From Octopus sinensis (Eukaryota): a stretch of 64,000 nt of DNA. Made by a program: the position numbers and the translations under genes. Shown here in pieces: positions 24,153 through 38,030 of the stretch. Positions within the stretch are counted from its first letter, which is position 1; each line of letters starts with the position of its first letter. The stretch lies in assembly GCF_006345805.1 (NCBI RefSeq), contig NC_042998.1, positions 200,570,001 through 200,634,000 on the forward strand, given 5' to 3'. The notes under the pieces are model-generated. The model worked only from the letters and a program-made list of their open reading frames with translations. It ran no database searches and had not been told where the DNA came from.

Positions 24153-26648
24153 TTAATGTTTGACTTATGCTTTACATTTGTACAAGTTGGCTCCAAATCT
24201 CACCTAGAGATCTCAACAGACAACAAGTTGGAAGTTGATGCTGGTGTTATGCTTAGGTTGTCATATATTTGGTTTTGTACATAGTATAGGTATTGATGTT
24301 GGGCTGCTATGATAAATCCTTCTGTTCTTGATTTTAAGCCAGAAGCCATCAGCTATTGATTTGTGAACATTGGTATTGTTCGCTCTGTTTGGGCATTTGG
24401 CATTGAGAGGTTTTTCTTGCCATTTATCAGTCACAATATCTAAGACAGCAGTTTTTGCACGGAGTTTCATGCGCTAAGCTTTTACTGCACTTGTTTCTGG
24501 TACGTCTAATTCTGGAATTTGTTGTGTTTGGACTTCACTTAGATATTACTTTGCCTGCTTTGTCATTGAGTATGATGCTTTCTTGTTTTCATGTTTTGAG
24601 ACAGGTTTTAACACCCAGTCCTCAGAGGTTTCAGGTTCTAACATTCAGTCCTCAGAGTTTTTGTGGCAATCTTCATTGTTAATGCCAGTTGTAAAACCCC
24701 ACGGCCTCCCTCTTTTCTTGGCAGATAAAGTCATTCTGTATCTGCCTTAGGTTGGTGAATTCTATGCATTGTCAGCAGTTCTCGTTTGTTTCTGTCAAGA
24801 TTACTTATTTCAATAATTGACCAGTGAATGATATTGAAACTGTAAGTCACGACTAATGTGGCTAAAGCATTGATCGCTTCGATCCTGTTTCTTGCATTCA
24901 GCTCTCTTGAGTATTGCACTCACCCTGCGATAATATTCTCTTCCGATCCTTTCCCTCGTCACTGAATGTTTGACCCCGTCTCCTTGAATTACATTTGGGT
25001 GCTTATAGCTGTCCACTGGTTCTTACTCTTTTATGACATTCTGCTGATCAAGGTCAACGTTAGATATTTATCATTATTTTCCATTGATAAATGTAGATTT
25101 TGCACATTTATCGAGGCCAAATTGCATCCTGATGTCATAATCGAATTGTTTAACAATCGTTAGTAAGCCCTTGAGTTGTTGGTAATTTTTTGCAGAGTTT
25201 TAAATCATCCATGTAAAGGAGATGATTTATATTTTTATCAAACATTTTATAACCGCATTATGCATCGTTGAGCAATTTTGAGAGAAGTATTAACGCTAGA
25301 CAAAAGAGGAGTGGTGATAGTGAGTCACCTTGGAAAATACCGCATGAAATTCTTACATCTCCAGCATTTAGAGATCCATTGTCACTGTTCAAAATCTGTG
25401 TGGTTCTCCATGATCTCATGTTTATAGACAAAACGTTTCGCAGAGTAGGAGCTATTTTATACATCCCAGGCATTTCAGTCAGAACAGATGTTAACATTTT
25501 ATACATTGTTGTTAAGCAGGTTATGGGTGGATACCTTTTGGTTCATTTGTTTCTTTATTTTTGGGAGGTAGTTAAATAATTAACTAACCAAGGGGGAATC
25601 ATTCTAGGATGTTGCAAAGCATCGTGGTAAAGTTCTGTTAGCAGTTCATGTCTCTCTGGGAAGGAATTCAAACAGAAGTTAGGAATTTTATCTTTGCCTG
25701 GAGACTTCAATTTACTTCACATCTAGAGAGCAGATCTTATACCTTCTCCCTTGACATCCTCCAACTTTTGCTCCTATAAGGAGTCTAAGTCTGTAGATAT
25801 TCTATCAATCCAATGTGCCTTTTTATTGTGTGTTTTTCTTCTGCCCAAATTTTATTCAAAAAATCCTGCACTTCTTTATATGGGCAAAACTGTACTGTAA
25901 CTGGTATTTTCCCTATCTTCCTGTGAAAATGTTTGGGGTTATCTTTGAACATGTTGTTTTCTATGAAGAATCTAACGCGCTTTCATACCTTGCTATGCGG
26001 GCAGCTTTAGCACATACCTTTTGGTTGATGGTTTCTATGGTGGTATCAATGTCAAGTATGGTTTTCATACTATATTTTTTCTTTAATTTTCTTTTTTTTT
26101 TAAATTTTAGGTTTGATAGTCTTGTCAGACCTAAGTGTTTTCAAACATTCTATGTCAGACCTAAGTAGTTTAATTTGGTGTTGAATACGCTCTTGCCAAG
26201 AAAGCTTTTCGTGGGAATGTTGTCGTTTTCTAATCTTTTCACCACATAGAATCATCAAGATGTTTGCGGATGCATAATACAGGTGGCTGAGATCTGTAAT
26301 ATCAATATCATTAACTGACATTATATCCTTAAGTGCAAGGGCAGATTTTAACAATTATTTTCATGTTTTGATGCGAATATTTAGGAGAGTGTTGCGTTCA
26401 TTGATACTGGTTTCTTTAATTTTCATTCATTCAAACGTGATTTGATTTTTTAGATCGTGTAGTTCTGTTTGGTAAATTTCTGTGTGACTGTTTTCATCTA
26501 TTTGATTTTCATCAGCCTCAGTGTTTATGATTAGTTCATTGAGTATTTCACTTTGACTGTCAGTTAAATTAATTATTTCAGTCATTACTGCATTTTCATC
26601 AGCCCTGGGCTGGTCTATAATTATTTCCTCTGTAGTATCTGCTTTATT
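24152..26648 (-). pseudogene. R4/Dong-like (RLE-type) non-LTR retrotransposon, RT-bearing body lacking the 3' end
   Basis: GIFQGDSLSPLLFC, HLLYMDDLK and GLKSRTEGFIIAAQ motifs; apparent internal RT deletion near 25480; (ATT)n/(TTC)n on both sides. Confidence 0.85.
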
Positions 26649-26663
26649 CTTCTTTTTCTTCTT

Positions 26664-26758
<95 letters not shown>

Positions 26759-26775
26759 GATCATTATTATTATTA

Positions 26776-26807
<32 letters not shown>

Positions 26808-26821
26808 GATCATTATTATTA

Positions 26822-26869
<48 letters not shown>

Positions 26870-26910
26870 TATTATTATTATTATTATTATTATGATCATT
26901 ATTATTATGA

Positions 26911-26941
<31 letters not shown>

Positions 26942-26955
26942 GATCATTATTATTA

Positions 26956-26989
<34 letters not shown>

Positions 26990-27062
26990 CATTGTTGTTA
27001 TTGTTATTATTATCATCATCATCATCTTCATCATCATCATCATCATCATCATCATTATTATA
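26645..27062. repeat. (TTC)n-(ATT)n-(ATC)n compound microsatellite
   Basis: Direct inspection. Confidence 0.95.
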
Positions 27063-27065
27063 ATT

Positions 27066-27670
27066 ACCATATTTATCAAAAAGTGCTCGACAGTGACAAG
27101 ACTGGTGAAACTGAATGGCTCTACTCTGAATATGCTTTTCTAAGCAAGAGGAAAGGAACTAGGATAGGGCACTTTTCCATGCCTTGGAGATGGCACAGTA
27201 ATCCAGGATATTGTGCAGGGTCTTCCCCGGATTATGCTAAGTGTACTGTCCAGCTATTGTTGTTAAAGATCTCACAAGGTGTCTTTCTACGATACTTAAT
27301 ACCTGACTGCCAATCTCAAAATCCTCGCTACCCTCAATAGAGTATATTTTGAGCATGTACTACCCCCATGCTCGAGAATTTCAATTTCTCCGTCATATTT
27401 TTCAAACTTGATTGTTAGTGCTGATACCGCACCTACAAATATTGGAAGGATCGTTACTCCCTTCATTGACGATATTGAAGCAACTTCGCAGCTTTGTAGC
27501 TTTTGCAGCTCTTCGTCGTCCACGCCTTAAACCCTAGGCATGGCACTAACTATAATCTTGATTTCCTTTCTTTCTTTTATACCTTTTTTCCTTTAATATC
27601 GTCTACTCTTTGAGCATCATCAACTAGCGGGTCACATTGGATTGAAAGCCCCATACTATTTTATATATTT
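27066..27670 (-). mobile_element. 3' end of a second RLE-type LINE family (degenerate endonuclease plus 3' UTR)
   Basis: VTILPIFVGAVSAL...LLRVARILR resembles the RLE C-terminus (PIVVGALG...LLGTARILR); its 3' end abuts the triplet tract. Confidence 0.7.
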
Positions 27671-27679
27671 TCCCTATTA

Positions 27680-27748
27680 TCATTATTGTCATTTTGTTTA
27701 TTATTATTATTATCATCATCATTATAATTATTATTATTATTATTATTA

Positions 27749-27785
<37 letters not shown>

Positions 27786-27789
27786 GTTA

Positions 27790-27853
<64 letters not shown>

Positions 27854-27885
27854 CATTATTGTTATTATTATAATTATTATTATTA
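27680..27885. repeat. (ATT)n microsatellite
   Basis: Direct inspection. Confidence 0.95.
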
Positions 27886-28370
27886 CTTTTTTTTTTCTTC
27901 TTTCCAATTTGCTTCCTTTTCTTGCCGAGTGTCTTCCCGACTCCTAGGGCAAAGAAACTCATAGTATACATTGGTAGGCCATTAAACCAAACTCAGTAGT
28001 TCGTTCATTTTTTTTTTTTAAAGTTAAATTAAAATACATGAGCAGCAACAGTTCTCACATCGACAATGCTCTTCTCAATACGTGTGATGTACCAGTTAAG
28101 ACAATCTTTTGCACTTCTTGCAGGGAAGGTAAGCCATAGATCATTCTCATATAATTTTCGGTTCCCTTCTTGATCATTCCTAGTGCTCCTACGATCACGG
28201 GTATTGTAACCGCCTTGAGATGCCACATTTTCTCAATTTCAATGAGTAGGTCTTTATATTTTCTGAGCTTGTCAAACTCTTTCGCTGAGATATTATGATC
28301 ACAGGGGATGCTCATGTCGATCAATAAGCAAACTTTATTGTTTTGGTCTTTCACAACAATATCTGGTTTA
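27886..28370 (-). mobile_element. Young 5'-truncated RLE-type LINE 3' end (copy 1)
   Basis: KPDIVVKDQNNKVCLLIDMSIP...DKLRKYKDL = PD-(D/E)xK restriction-like endonuclease; short 3' UTR then (AAT)n on the sense strand. Confidence 0.9.
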
Positions 28371-29443
28371 CACAAACCTGTGTCCATTACAACCTTCGAA
28401 CAGGGGAGGTCATCAGCTTCCCCATGCTGATTCAAACATTCAGAAACTAGTTTAGGGGTCGCTGTTGACTGTCTCTTCGAAGTTTGCAATGGACACAGGT
28501 TTGCTATTTTTCTGGACTGCCATGTTAGCTTGGCGATAATTATATATATATATACATATATATATACACACACATACCTACACACACATATATATACATA
28601 TATAGATATATATGTCCGTATATATATATGTGAATATATATATATATATAATATATATATATATAATATATATATATATATAACTATATACATATACATA
28701 CATTTAGTTATGCACTCACAGACATGATCACACACACACACTTACAAACACAGATATATAACAGCGATAAGTGATTTTCAGTGACCGAGTAAATTACATG
28801 TAGAAGAATTATACGCTAAATACCAAGTAAATAAATGGCAGTTAGAAGTATTTATTGGTATTTATTACACTTAATAATTTCACGTGACATATACACAAAC
28901 AGAACAAAACATTACTTCGTTACAATTAACGAGCTTAGGTTTTTGTTTGTGCTTAACTCTAATATTCCTCCGGCTATCGTTTGAGGCCTATCAAACTGAC
29001 CACTTATATTTCCAACATTTACCATAAAATCAGCGTCTGAGAACATTATGGTAATTCTGACAACATTATAGCTCTAATTCAAAAGAACTAGAATTTGCCA
29101 AACAGTTGGACATTATACTATTTTCTATCTCCTTGTGTGTTCTCTCTTCAGTATCACCACCTGCGAAACCGTAACTTTTTTAACAAAGATTCCAAAAGTC
29201 ATACACGTGCACTTCAATGTACACACTAGATAAAAATTCTTATATTTTCTAAGCATGGTCGCTAAGTCTAAAAATAATTTACATCTTTTTATTTATACCA
29301 AGCAGAGGTCACTGTTGACTGTTCGAAGTTTGCAATGGACACAGGTTTGCGTGTCACATAATTAACAGGAGTCGATGGCCTCTTGGAGTTAATCAACAGC
29401 AGCATTCGTCCTATTTTTCTGATCTGGCACGTCGACTTGGCGA

Positions 29444-29494
<51 letters not shown>

Positions 29495-29809
29495 ATATAT
29501 ATATATATATATATATATGTAGGTATGTATATATATGTATGTATCTATAATATATATGTGAATATATATATATATATGTATATACAAAAAGGGCATACAC
29601 GTGCTCTTCCATGCACACACGAGATAAAAATTCTTATATTTTCTAATCACGGCCGCTAAGTCTAAAAATAATCTACATCTTCGTATTTATACCAAGCAAC
29701 TTATAATCATACACTGTTTTCGATGTTTCGTCTGCTGATAGACCTCTCAGACAGCAGGCTTAAACTTGACCCACACATAATCTAGAGAATTATAATATTT
29801 CAAATTTTA

Positions 29810-30005
29810 GCACAAAGTGAGAAACTTCGGGGAATGATATATGAATTACATCGATTCCAGTGTCAACTAGTACTTACTTTATTGACACGGAAATGATTAT
29901 AGGAACGTGGAACCCCGCGAAATTTTGATTCAGAACCCAAAGATAGACGAAATGACGCTAGGACCTTTGTCTGACGCGCTAATGATGCTGCTAGTTTGCC
30001 TCCTA
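29810..30005 (-). mobile_element. Old degenerate SINE (B/C-related)
   Basis: ATTACATCGATTCCAGTG...GACGAAATGACGCTAGG...TTTGCCTCC is collinear with SINE B. Confidence 0.55.
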
Positions 30006-30176
30006 AGAAAAATTAGAATATTATTTACTTAATCGTGCAAACATACACAATCTCGCAAAATAACATCTAATATGCACGTATAAGCATGACGAGGCCAATA
30101 CGTTCAATGACCTTTGATTAACGTATACTTAGAAAAGACGAGGAGTATGGTAAGGAGATGTTAACATATATATGTA

Positions 30177-30397
30177 TGGCAGAACTGTTAGCACGCCGGG
30201 CGAAATGCGTAGCCGTGTTTTGTCTGCCGTTACATTCTGAGTTCAAATTCCGCCGAGGTCGACTTTGCCTTTCATCCCTTCGGGGTCGATAAATTAAGTA
30301 CGAGTTACGCACTGGGGTCGATGTAATCGACTTAATCCATTTGTCTGACCTTGTTTGTCCCCCTGTATGTTTAGCCCCTTGTGGGTAATAAAAAAAC
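30177..30397 (+). mobile_element. SINE family B, near full length
   Basis: TGGCAGAACTGTTAGCACGCCGGGCG...GAGTTCAAATTCCGCCGAGG...TTTAGCCCCTTGTGGGTAATAAA. Confidence 0.9.
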
Positions 30398-30807
30398 ATA
30401 TATATATATATATACTAATACAATGAGCATCTAGTATAGCAAGTGCCTATAAATATACTATAAAATCATATACATGTAATGTAATTTTGAAAATATCTTC
30501 CAAAGTGCAGCTTGATTAGGCCAATTGTTTCACATGAACAACACAAAGTTAAAACTGCAATAAAAAGATTCACGTGACTTTGACGTGGTCTTTGAATTGC
30601 CAGCTTTCTTTTACATAGAATCCAAAGCTGTCCCTCCAGCACAAATGATACTAGATGTCAAGGAGAAATTGGCAGCAGGAACTTGAAGCAAACGCAATTT
30701 CCAACAAAACTAATGAATCCTTCGCATCCCGCTGGGACCAAGATAAAAAATCTATGGAACAAACAAGTGCGCACACAGATATGTATATGTATACATTCCA
30801 CATTTAT

Positions 30808-30849
<42 letters not shown>

Positions 30850-30864
30850 TTATTATTATTATTA

Positions 30865-31366
30865 TAAAAATTCTTCTTTCAAATTTGCTTCCATTTCTTG
30901 CCGAGTGTCTTCCCGACTCCTAGGGCAAAGAAACTCATAGTATACATTGGTAGGCCATTAAACCAAACTCAATAGTTCGTTCATTTTTTTAAGTTAAATT
31001 AAAATACATGAGCAGCAACAGTTCTCACATCGACAATGCTCTTCTCAATACGTGTGATGTACCAGTTAAGACAATCTTTTGCGCTTCTTGCAGGGATGGT
31101 AAGCCAGGGATCATTCTCATATAATTTTCGGTTCCCTTCTTGATCATTCCTAGTGCTCCTACGATCACTGGTATTGTAACCGCCTTGAGATGCCACATTT
31201 TCTCAATTTCAATGAGTAGGTCTTTATATTTTCTGAGCTTGTCAAACTCTTTCGCTGAGATATTATGATCACAGGGGATGCTCATGTCGATCAATAAGCA
31301 AACTTTATTGTTTTGGTCTTTCACAACAATATCTGGTTTATTGGCCTTGATGGTTCTGTCTGTATG
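30865..31366 (-). mobile_element. Young 5'-truncated RLE-type LINE 3' end (copy 2), inside (ATT)n
   Basis: Nearly identical to 27886-28370; HTDRTIKANKPDIVV; ATT repeats on both sides (about 30846-30864 and 31380-31406). Confidence 0.9.
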
Positions 31367-31378
31367 TATGTATGCATG

Positions 31379-31409
<31 letters not shown>

Positions 31410-31869
31410 AATAATAAAATGAGTATAAATTTCCTTCTTAAAAAGATGTTATAATCTGCAAAGAGCCTCAATGCCTAACACGGCTATCAGCAAGATTATC
31501 AAAGACACAAATCATAAATAATTTATTTAAAAATCAATTCTGATCGACGGTGTTATTGACTCGACCTACCAATATTTTCCCCGGAGTCACCCTTTCCAAC
31601 ACGTTGATTTCCACACAGCCAATGAGTCCCTGACTCACAAAAGTTTAGCAGCACCTTCCTTTAGATTCTCGAATAATTCTATCCTTGAATTTACTTTGAC
31701 CCTATAGTCAATGGGGTGGTTGCTAATTACAACTGCATTTATTACGATTTAAGCAACACCATCCTATCATCTACCATTTTTTTGGTTGATTCTATGTTGC
31801 AGGTAGCCTCCATTTAGACTTGACTATATGCTTACAAACATGCACATATATGCATACGCATATTCAGTC

Positions 31870-31911
<42 letters not shown>

Positions 31912-31916
<5 letters not shown>

Positions 31917-32055
31917 CCGTTCTGTCTGTTTGTGTGTGTGTCTTCTTGGATCTCGGGTATCCTCCAACCGATTGCGCTCAAATTTGATATGTAGATACCG
32001 ACGGTATCAGGGCGTTTATAAGTCTTGAAGAATTTACAAAAATCGATTCCAGGTG
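31912..32055 (+). mobile_element. Possible non-autonomous Helitron-like fragment
   Basis: (TA)n, then TCTGTCTGTTTGTGTG...CCAACCGATTGCGCTCAAATTTG, a layout typical of Helitron-derived short elements; inference only. Confidence 0.35.
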
Positions 32056-32589
32056 AGAATGCGATCGATAAAGCCGCTTTTGTCCTGCTTATCTTCCGTC
32101 AACCTGTAGAGAAATGGACCTTCCATTTTTTTGTTAAAGGCACATTTCTTTCCTGCCAAACTTACTTTTTAAACCATGTTTGTGTTCTCCCAGTTAAGAG
32201 CTTTATCATTACTGGTATTTTAAACTCTTCGATTGCATATTTGTGTGAATAAAATCGTTTTTCTTTGGAATAGAAAAAAGTCTATTTTATTTCTTCTTTA
32301 GCTGCTGTCTCAAATTTAGGTTAAATCAATGTTTCTCACAGGGGAGACCTATGGGACGGTTACACAAGTTGTTTTGAGAAAATGTCTTTTAAATGTTTGA
32401 CAACTCAACACCATCCATTTGACGGGGGGCGTTTTGTTCGTACATATATATATGTATATATATATGATTCTCTTTATGTTTGTGTATGTGTGTGTATAAA
32501 TGTATGCATATATATATTATATATATATATATATATACATATATACATATATATTTGTCTATGTTTATGAGTGCGTATGTGTGTGTATG

Positions 32590-32621
<32 letters not shown>

Positions 32622-33102
32622 TCTATCTATCTCTCTCTACACACACACACACATACATACGTATATATATATATTTATATTTACATGTATAAGTACATAA
32701 ACACATGCACATTTCTGTGTGATATATAACAATTTTAATGATTCGTGACGGATTGTAATCTGTTTGTTCCTACTGATCTTTTCGTTTAACTTATTCCAGA
32801 TGAACGAAGCCGATTGAAATTAGTCACGAATCATTAAAATTAATATATGCATATGTGCATTTGTTTGGTAGTGAATATGTGTGTACATGTGTTCGTGCAA
32901 CGACGATTCTTAGTATGAGTTTTAGAACTTACATATATGTGTATCTATATCCGTCTAGTATCTATATATTTATACACATACGTCCTTATATTTATGCGTG
33001 TATGCATGTATGTATGAATATATACACATTCATATGTGTGCATGCATATATATGTATATATATATATATACGTATATCTATCTATCTATCTATCTCTCTC
33101 TC

Positions 33103-33177
<75 letters not shown>

Positions 33178-35751
33178 TGTGTGTATGTATATATGCATGT
33201 ATGTATGCGATATAAGAGTTGCAAACAGAGTTTTGCCGAGCTCATATCACATAAACAGGACATAGTCGATAATAACATCTTAAGTATACAATGTTAGAAG
33301 ATTGAAATAAAAATTAATCGAAATATCTTGATAATACTGCTGGAATATGTTGATTATAAACACACTAGATTATGTTTTGCTTTGAATTTAGCAATAGATA
33401 ATACAAGAAGAGATCAACTAAGGCATTTTCTACCTCTGACCCTTATATCAGCAGAGTACATCGATATGGTTACAACCTTTGCTTGAATTAGAAGCCAATT
33501 ATTCATCACATGACACTCACATTCAAAAAGTAGAATGACTTAGTACAATGTAGTGCTACATAGTCGTTTAATTATAAATATTAGCGAATTGAATATTTTT
33601 GATTATCGCCCGTCGAGCACACAACTTCGGTGAACAAGCCAAGACGTTCACTATTTCATAGTCACTCAGCCTCTTTAAGCACTAAAATTTGATTCAATTC
33701 GCGCGCTATTTTTTAGAAGCATAAAATGAACATCAGATTTTTCAATAAAAAATTCTAAATATACAAAATCTAAAGAAAACGTCAATGTTGACAGCTGTAA
33801 CAATCAGAGCTAGCGTTTTGCAGAACGCAAGCAACAAGAAGAAGAGTAACTGTAATATGAACAACAGAATTCGAAGAGAAACGTACCAAAGAACCCTCAA
33901 TCTGTCTAACAACAGCGATGTCACAATCTACAAACGGCTATGAGCAAGATGTGCAAAAATAAAGAATTAAAAATAAATACTAAAGTTAAATTTAAAACTC
34001 TAATTTAACTAATGGAGGTTAGGTGTGTTAAGAAATTGAATGAAATAAAGTGTTTAAGTAAATATAAATAATGATGTTAACCATGTTGAAATTGTAAAAT
34101 CATGATCATGAAAGGAAAAGAAAAAGAGGAAGGAAAAGGAGACCTTGCATAAATAACAACCTTCCAAAGTCAAAAGGGTATCATCTATGGGGAAGGGAAA
34201 AATAAAATGCATTATTTATAGATAATTATTGTAAGGTTGAATTTAAATATTAACAGTCAGTAAATAATCAGTAGATTATGTTAGACATTGATTGCAAGAA
34301 ATATTATTTTCAGATACTCCGAAATAATGTAAGAAAACCCGAATTTTCTCTAAATTATATCTGTGACCTGCGGAGAACAATCCATCAATATAATACTGGG
34401 TTATTCAAAAAGAATGAACTGATTTCATGACGCAATATTTTAATAAGGAAAAGCAATAGAAAACTCCAGCTAAATCACAAGTATTTACTCACAATCAACT
34501 TTACAATGCCAGATAAATGCAACACTGTCCCTTAGATTTTATCCTTCTTCCTTATTTTGTTTTTTGTTGAAACCATTTCTTCTGAGTCACTCCACCTTGG
34601 TAGCTTGTGAAACCTATTCATTGCAATTGGCGGTGGGGGTAAACTAAAATGTCGTTTGCTGTAATTGGTTTTAACTGCAAGTTACTTCTGATTGAGTAAG
34701 ACCTAAAATCGAAGTTATTGAAGCCATGATTATTTTCTGTTTATTACTGATGATTTACCTATTTATTTTGTGGATAATATTCCTCGGATTATATTATATA
34801 GTATTAGGAAATAGAAAATTGTACCTTGGCGCAGATTGGTTGCTATTTCACGCTAGTCGGTCGATGACAAATATTTTTGTTGGTTTATAAAGAATCAGTT
34901 AAGTTATAAAATCGATTAACTCGCTCTTACCCTCCCTTGCCAATGTCTGGCCTTGTGCTTATGTTAGAAATCAATATTAGACGTAAAAATAATCAACAAA
35001 ATGAGAAATTATCAACAGTACTAATTCTAAGAATTTATTGCTAGGCAATAATGAAGTCGCTCAAATAGATAAACTTCTTCCTAGTGATGATCGAAAGTTC
35101 TGGAAAATAATTATAATTTTTTCTGGTTTATTACTTCCCACAATAAAACGTCAATGAATAATTTTCTGGTTCCGTTGTACAGATATATGAAATATTTTTC
35201 AACTGTCAAATAATAAATGTATATAAAGACTTTAATGGCTAAAATAGTGAGTTTCCGCTTTTATAGAGACATGGGAAAATGGATGAGGTAGACGATAAGC
35301 ATATTTGTGAATTCTACTTTGATACTTTTTATATGTACAATAAGAAAGATATAAATTCAGTGAAGGAAGACACGAGGAATTAGGTAGAGAGGAGGGTGAG
35401 AGTGAGAAATGTATAAAAATATTATATGGCTAAATGGAAAAGAGTTAGAAGGGAATGGTTATATAAGTGACTGGTTTAAAGGAAAGAAAAGAAAAAATAA
35501 TTTGTAATTTAATGGCTATTTAAAAAGGAATCGGATTTTTAAGGAAGAAATGTCCATATCATATTTCTTTTTTAACTGGTTTAAAGTTAGCAACAGACTT
35601 AACAGCATGCACAGAGTTATGGCAGATACCATGCTACACATATACACACATGTAGGTGTCTGTATGTGCATACACATATACAAAAGTATACTATGAATGT
35701 TTACATTTTACTTGTTTGCCATCGGAAGGTGATCATGTATGGGCACGATAT

Positions 35752-35796
<45 letters not shown>

Positions 35797-37826
35797 CACA
35801 CAGATAACGCCGACACGCAAACCTACACATCCGCACACGCACACGCATATACAAATACACACACGCACACACATATTTATATATAAACATTCATATACAC
35901 TACATACACACGTATATATTTATGTGTGTATGTGTATACACACATACACACATATATACATGTACATATGTATGTATACACAGAAGCGCGCGGACATACG
36001 CACACACATGCATACCTATGCATGTATTCACCAGTTTTAAACTATTACCAGATACTATCGTATATACAATATGTATATTGCTATTTGACGGGTAACGTTA
36101 AAAGCATAATTTTGGTACCCTGGTTAATATCAGGAAATATTCTATACGAAAAATATATATATGTTAACATTTCGTGCAAAGAAATTTTATATGCTACTAC
36201 ACCATTGGAAGCTGTACTCTCCACTGTCTAAAACTATTAACTCTATCGTACCGCAAGCTCAAATTACCACAATTATGTGTTATTTATTCAGCGAGGTGAA
36301 ATTTTAGTTTTCAAACTAAAGATTGCTGAGAAATACTAAGTACTAGACTATCTTATATTCTCTAACGGTGACTTTTTAATCAGTATATCTATGATTTATC
36401 TCACTATTTCTAAGCTATTAGAAAATAATCCTTAATATGATAGGAAAAATATCCATTGAATATTTTCGAGTCAAGCGAAAACAGAAAAAACAATAACCAA
36501 GCTAAGGTTTATTTCTTTGCTACGTCTTATTTCCAAGATCAAATTTCCAATTAGGCTACTAAACTTATTTCATTAGCCTGCAATCGATAAATGACAGACT
36601 ACATCTAATGAAACAGCAGCCGTAAGGAATAGAATATGCTTATAACTGCTGCTATTTCAGTGTAATTACGAAATTAACCTAACTCGGTTTCAGTCTGCTC
36701 TCTTGATTGACATTCTGACCCACATATTGTACCCTGCACGTCTTAATCAAAACATGACTCAAAGGCGTTAATCACTTAGAGATATTAAGAGTTAAATGGA
36801 TGTCTTGAAATGATAATCACTGAGTAGAAACAGCTCTGACAAAGGACACACATAATGGACTCTTATCGATCTTCCTACCAAACAAAGCTGTCGTTTTACT
36901 TTAGACTGACCACACCTTTATTAATATATGTCTACAAATTTATCGAAAGGTGTGCCGTTTATGTTATTTGTAAATAAAAGTCAAATGAGAATTTAAAGGT
37001 CATTAGAAATTAGAAATGACTTTTGCTTCCGTGTAAGTGTAATCTTTGTAAAAGATGTGTTGCAAAGTAGTTTTGATAAGACAATAAACGGAAAATAAGA
37101 GAAGATAACTACACATTTCAGATATAAACGAATCGGCGCCATATAATTAATGTTCTATGTAATTCAAATATAAATAGGCTTTATTATATATTTTATAGTC
37201 AATAACAGGCCTAAACATTTCATATACTATAATTACCTCTACTTAACATATTGATGAATGATAATTGCTACATATATATGAGTATGTGAGTTTGTGTGTC
37301 AGTGTCGTATGTGTGCGTGTGTCTGTAAATGTGTGTGAATGCGTGGGAATTGTCTGAGTACACATACACACATACATGTCAATGTAAATGCGCCGCCTAC
37401 TTATTCGATGGTGAGTACTCCAGTTGTTTTATCAACTAGCAGTACACATTTTCTCATGTAGTCTGGCGAAATGTGAAGCAGACTTTAACTTTCACAAGTC
37501 GCCGAGAAAAGTAGTACTGCTTTCTCAGTATTGTAATTTAGTCTGAAACCTTGCAAAAGAGCGGATTCATTAACGTCCCAGCCGAGCCGTTAAAACACGC
37601 TGCATCTTAAGGTTACTATTCAAAAACACTTAAGTGGGTCTTTAATACAGGATATAAAGACTCGGAGCAATATCTCGCAATAACTTGCTATACCAACGCC
37701 TTACATTTGTACTTTTAATTAAAAGAACTTTTAAGAGTATCAAGTTTTAAGGGTTACTAACAAGCTGGCTATATCTCCCTTTAAATGAATATTTACAAAA
37801 AAGATTCTGTATGAAATATGATGTTT

Positions 37827-38030
37827 AAGGTGGCAAATTAGCAGAATCATGAGCGCGTCGAAGAAAATGCGTAGCTCCATTTTTTCTGGATCTTTACATT
37901 CTGAGTTCATATTTCGCCATAGTAATATTCGGAGATAAATAATAAAGTATTGGCTCAGTACTTTGGTCGATTTAGTCCACCTGATACCCTACCCTCAAAA
38001 TTTTTACTCTTGTGCTAATATTAGAAAGAA
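37827..38030 (+). mobile_element. Old degenerate SINE (B/C-related)
   Basis: AAGGTGGCAAATTAGCAGAATC...TTTACATTCTGAGTTCATATTTCGCC...CTTGTGCTAATATTAGAAAG. Confidence 0.6.

Noticed and set aside
33742-33950. Short ORFs on both strands in a repeat-free patch
   Set aside because: About 50-60 codons, no recognisable motif or splice context.
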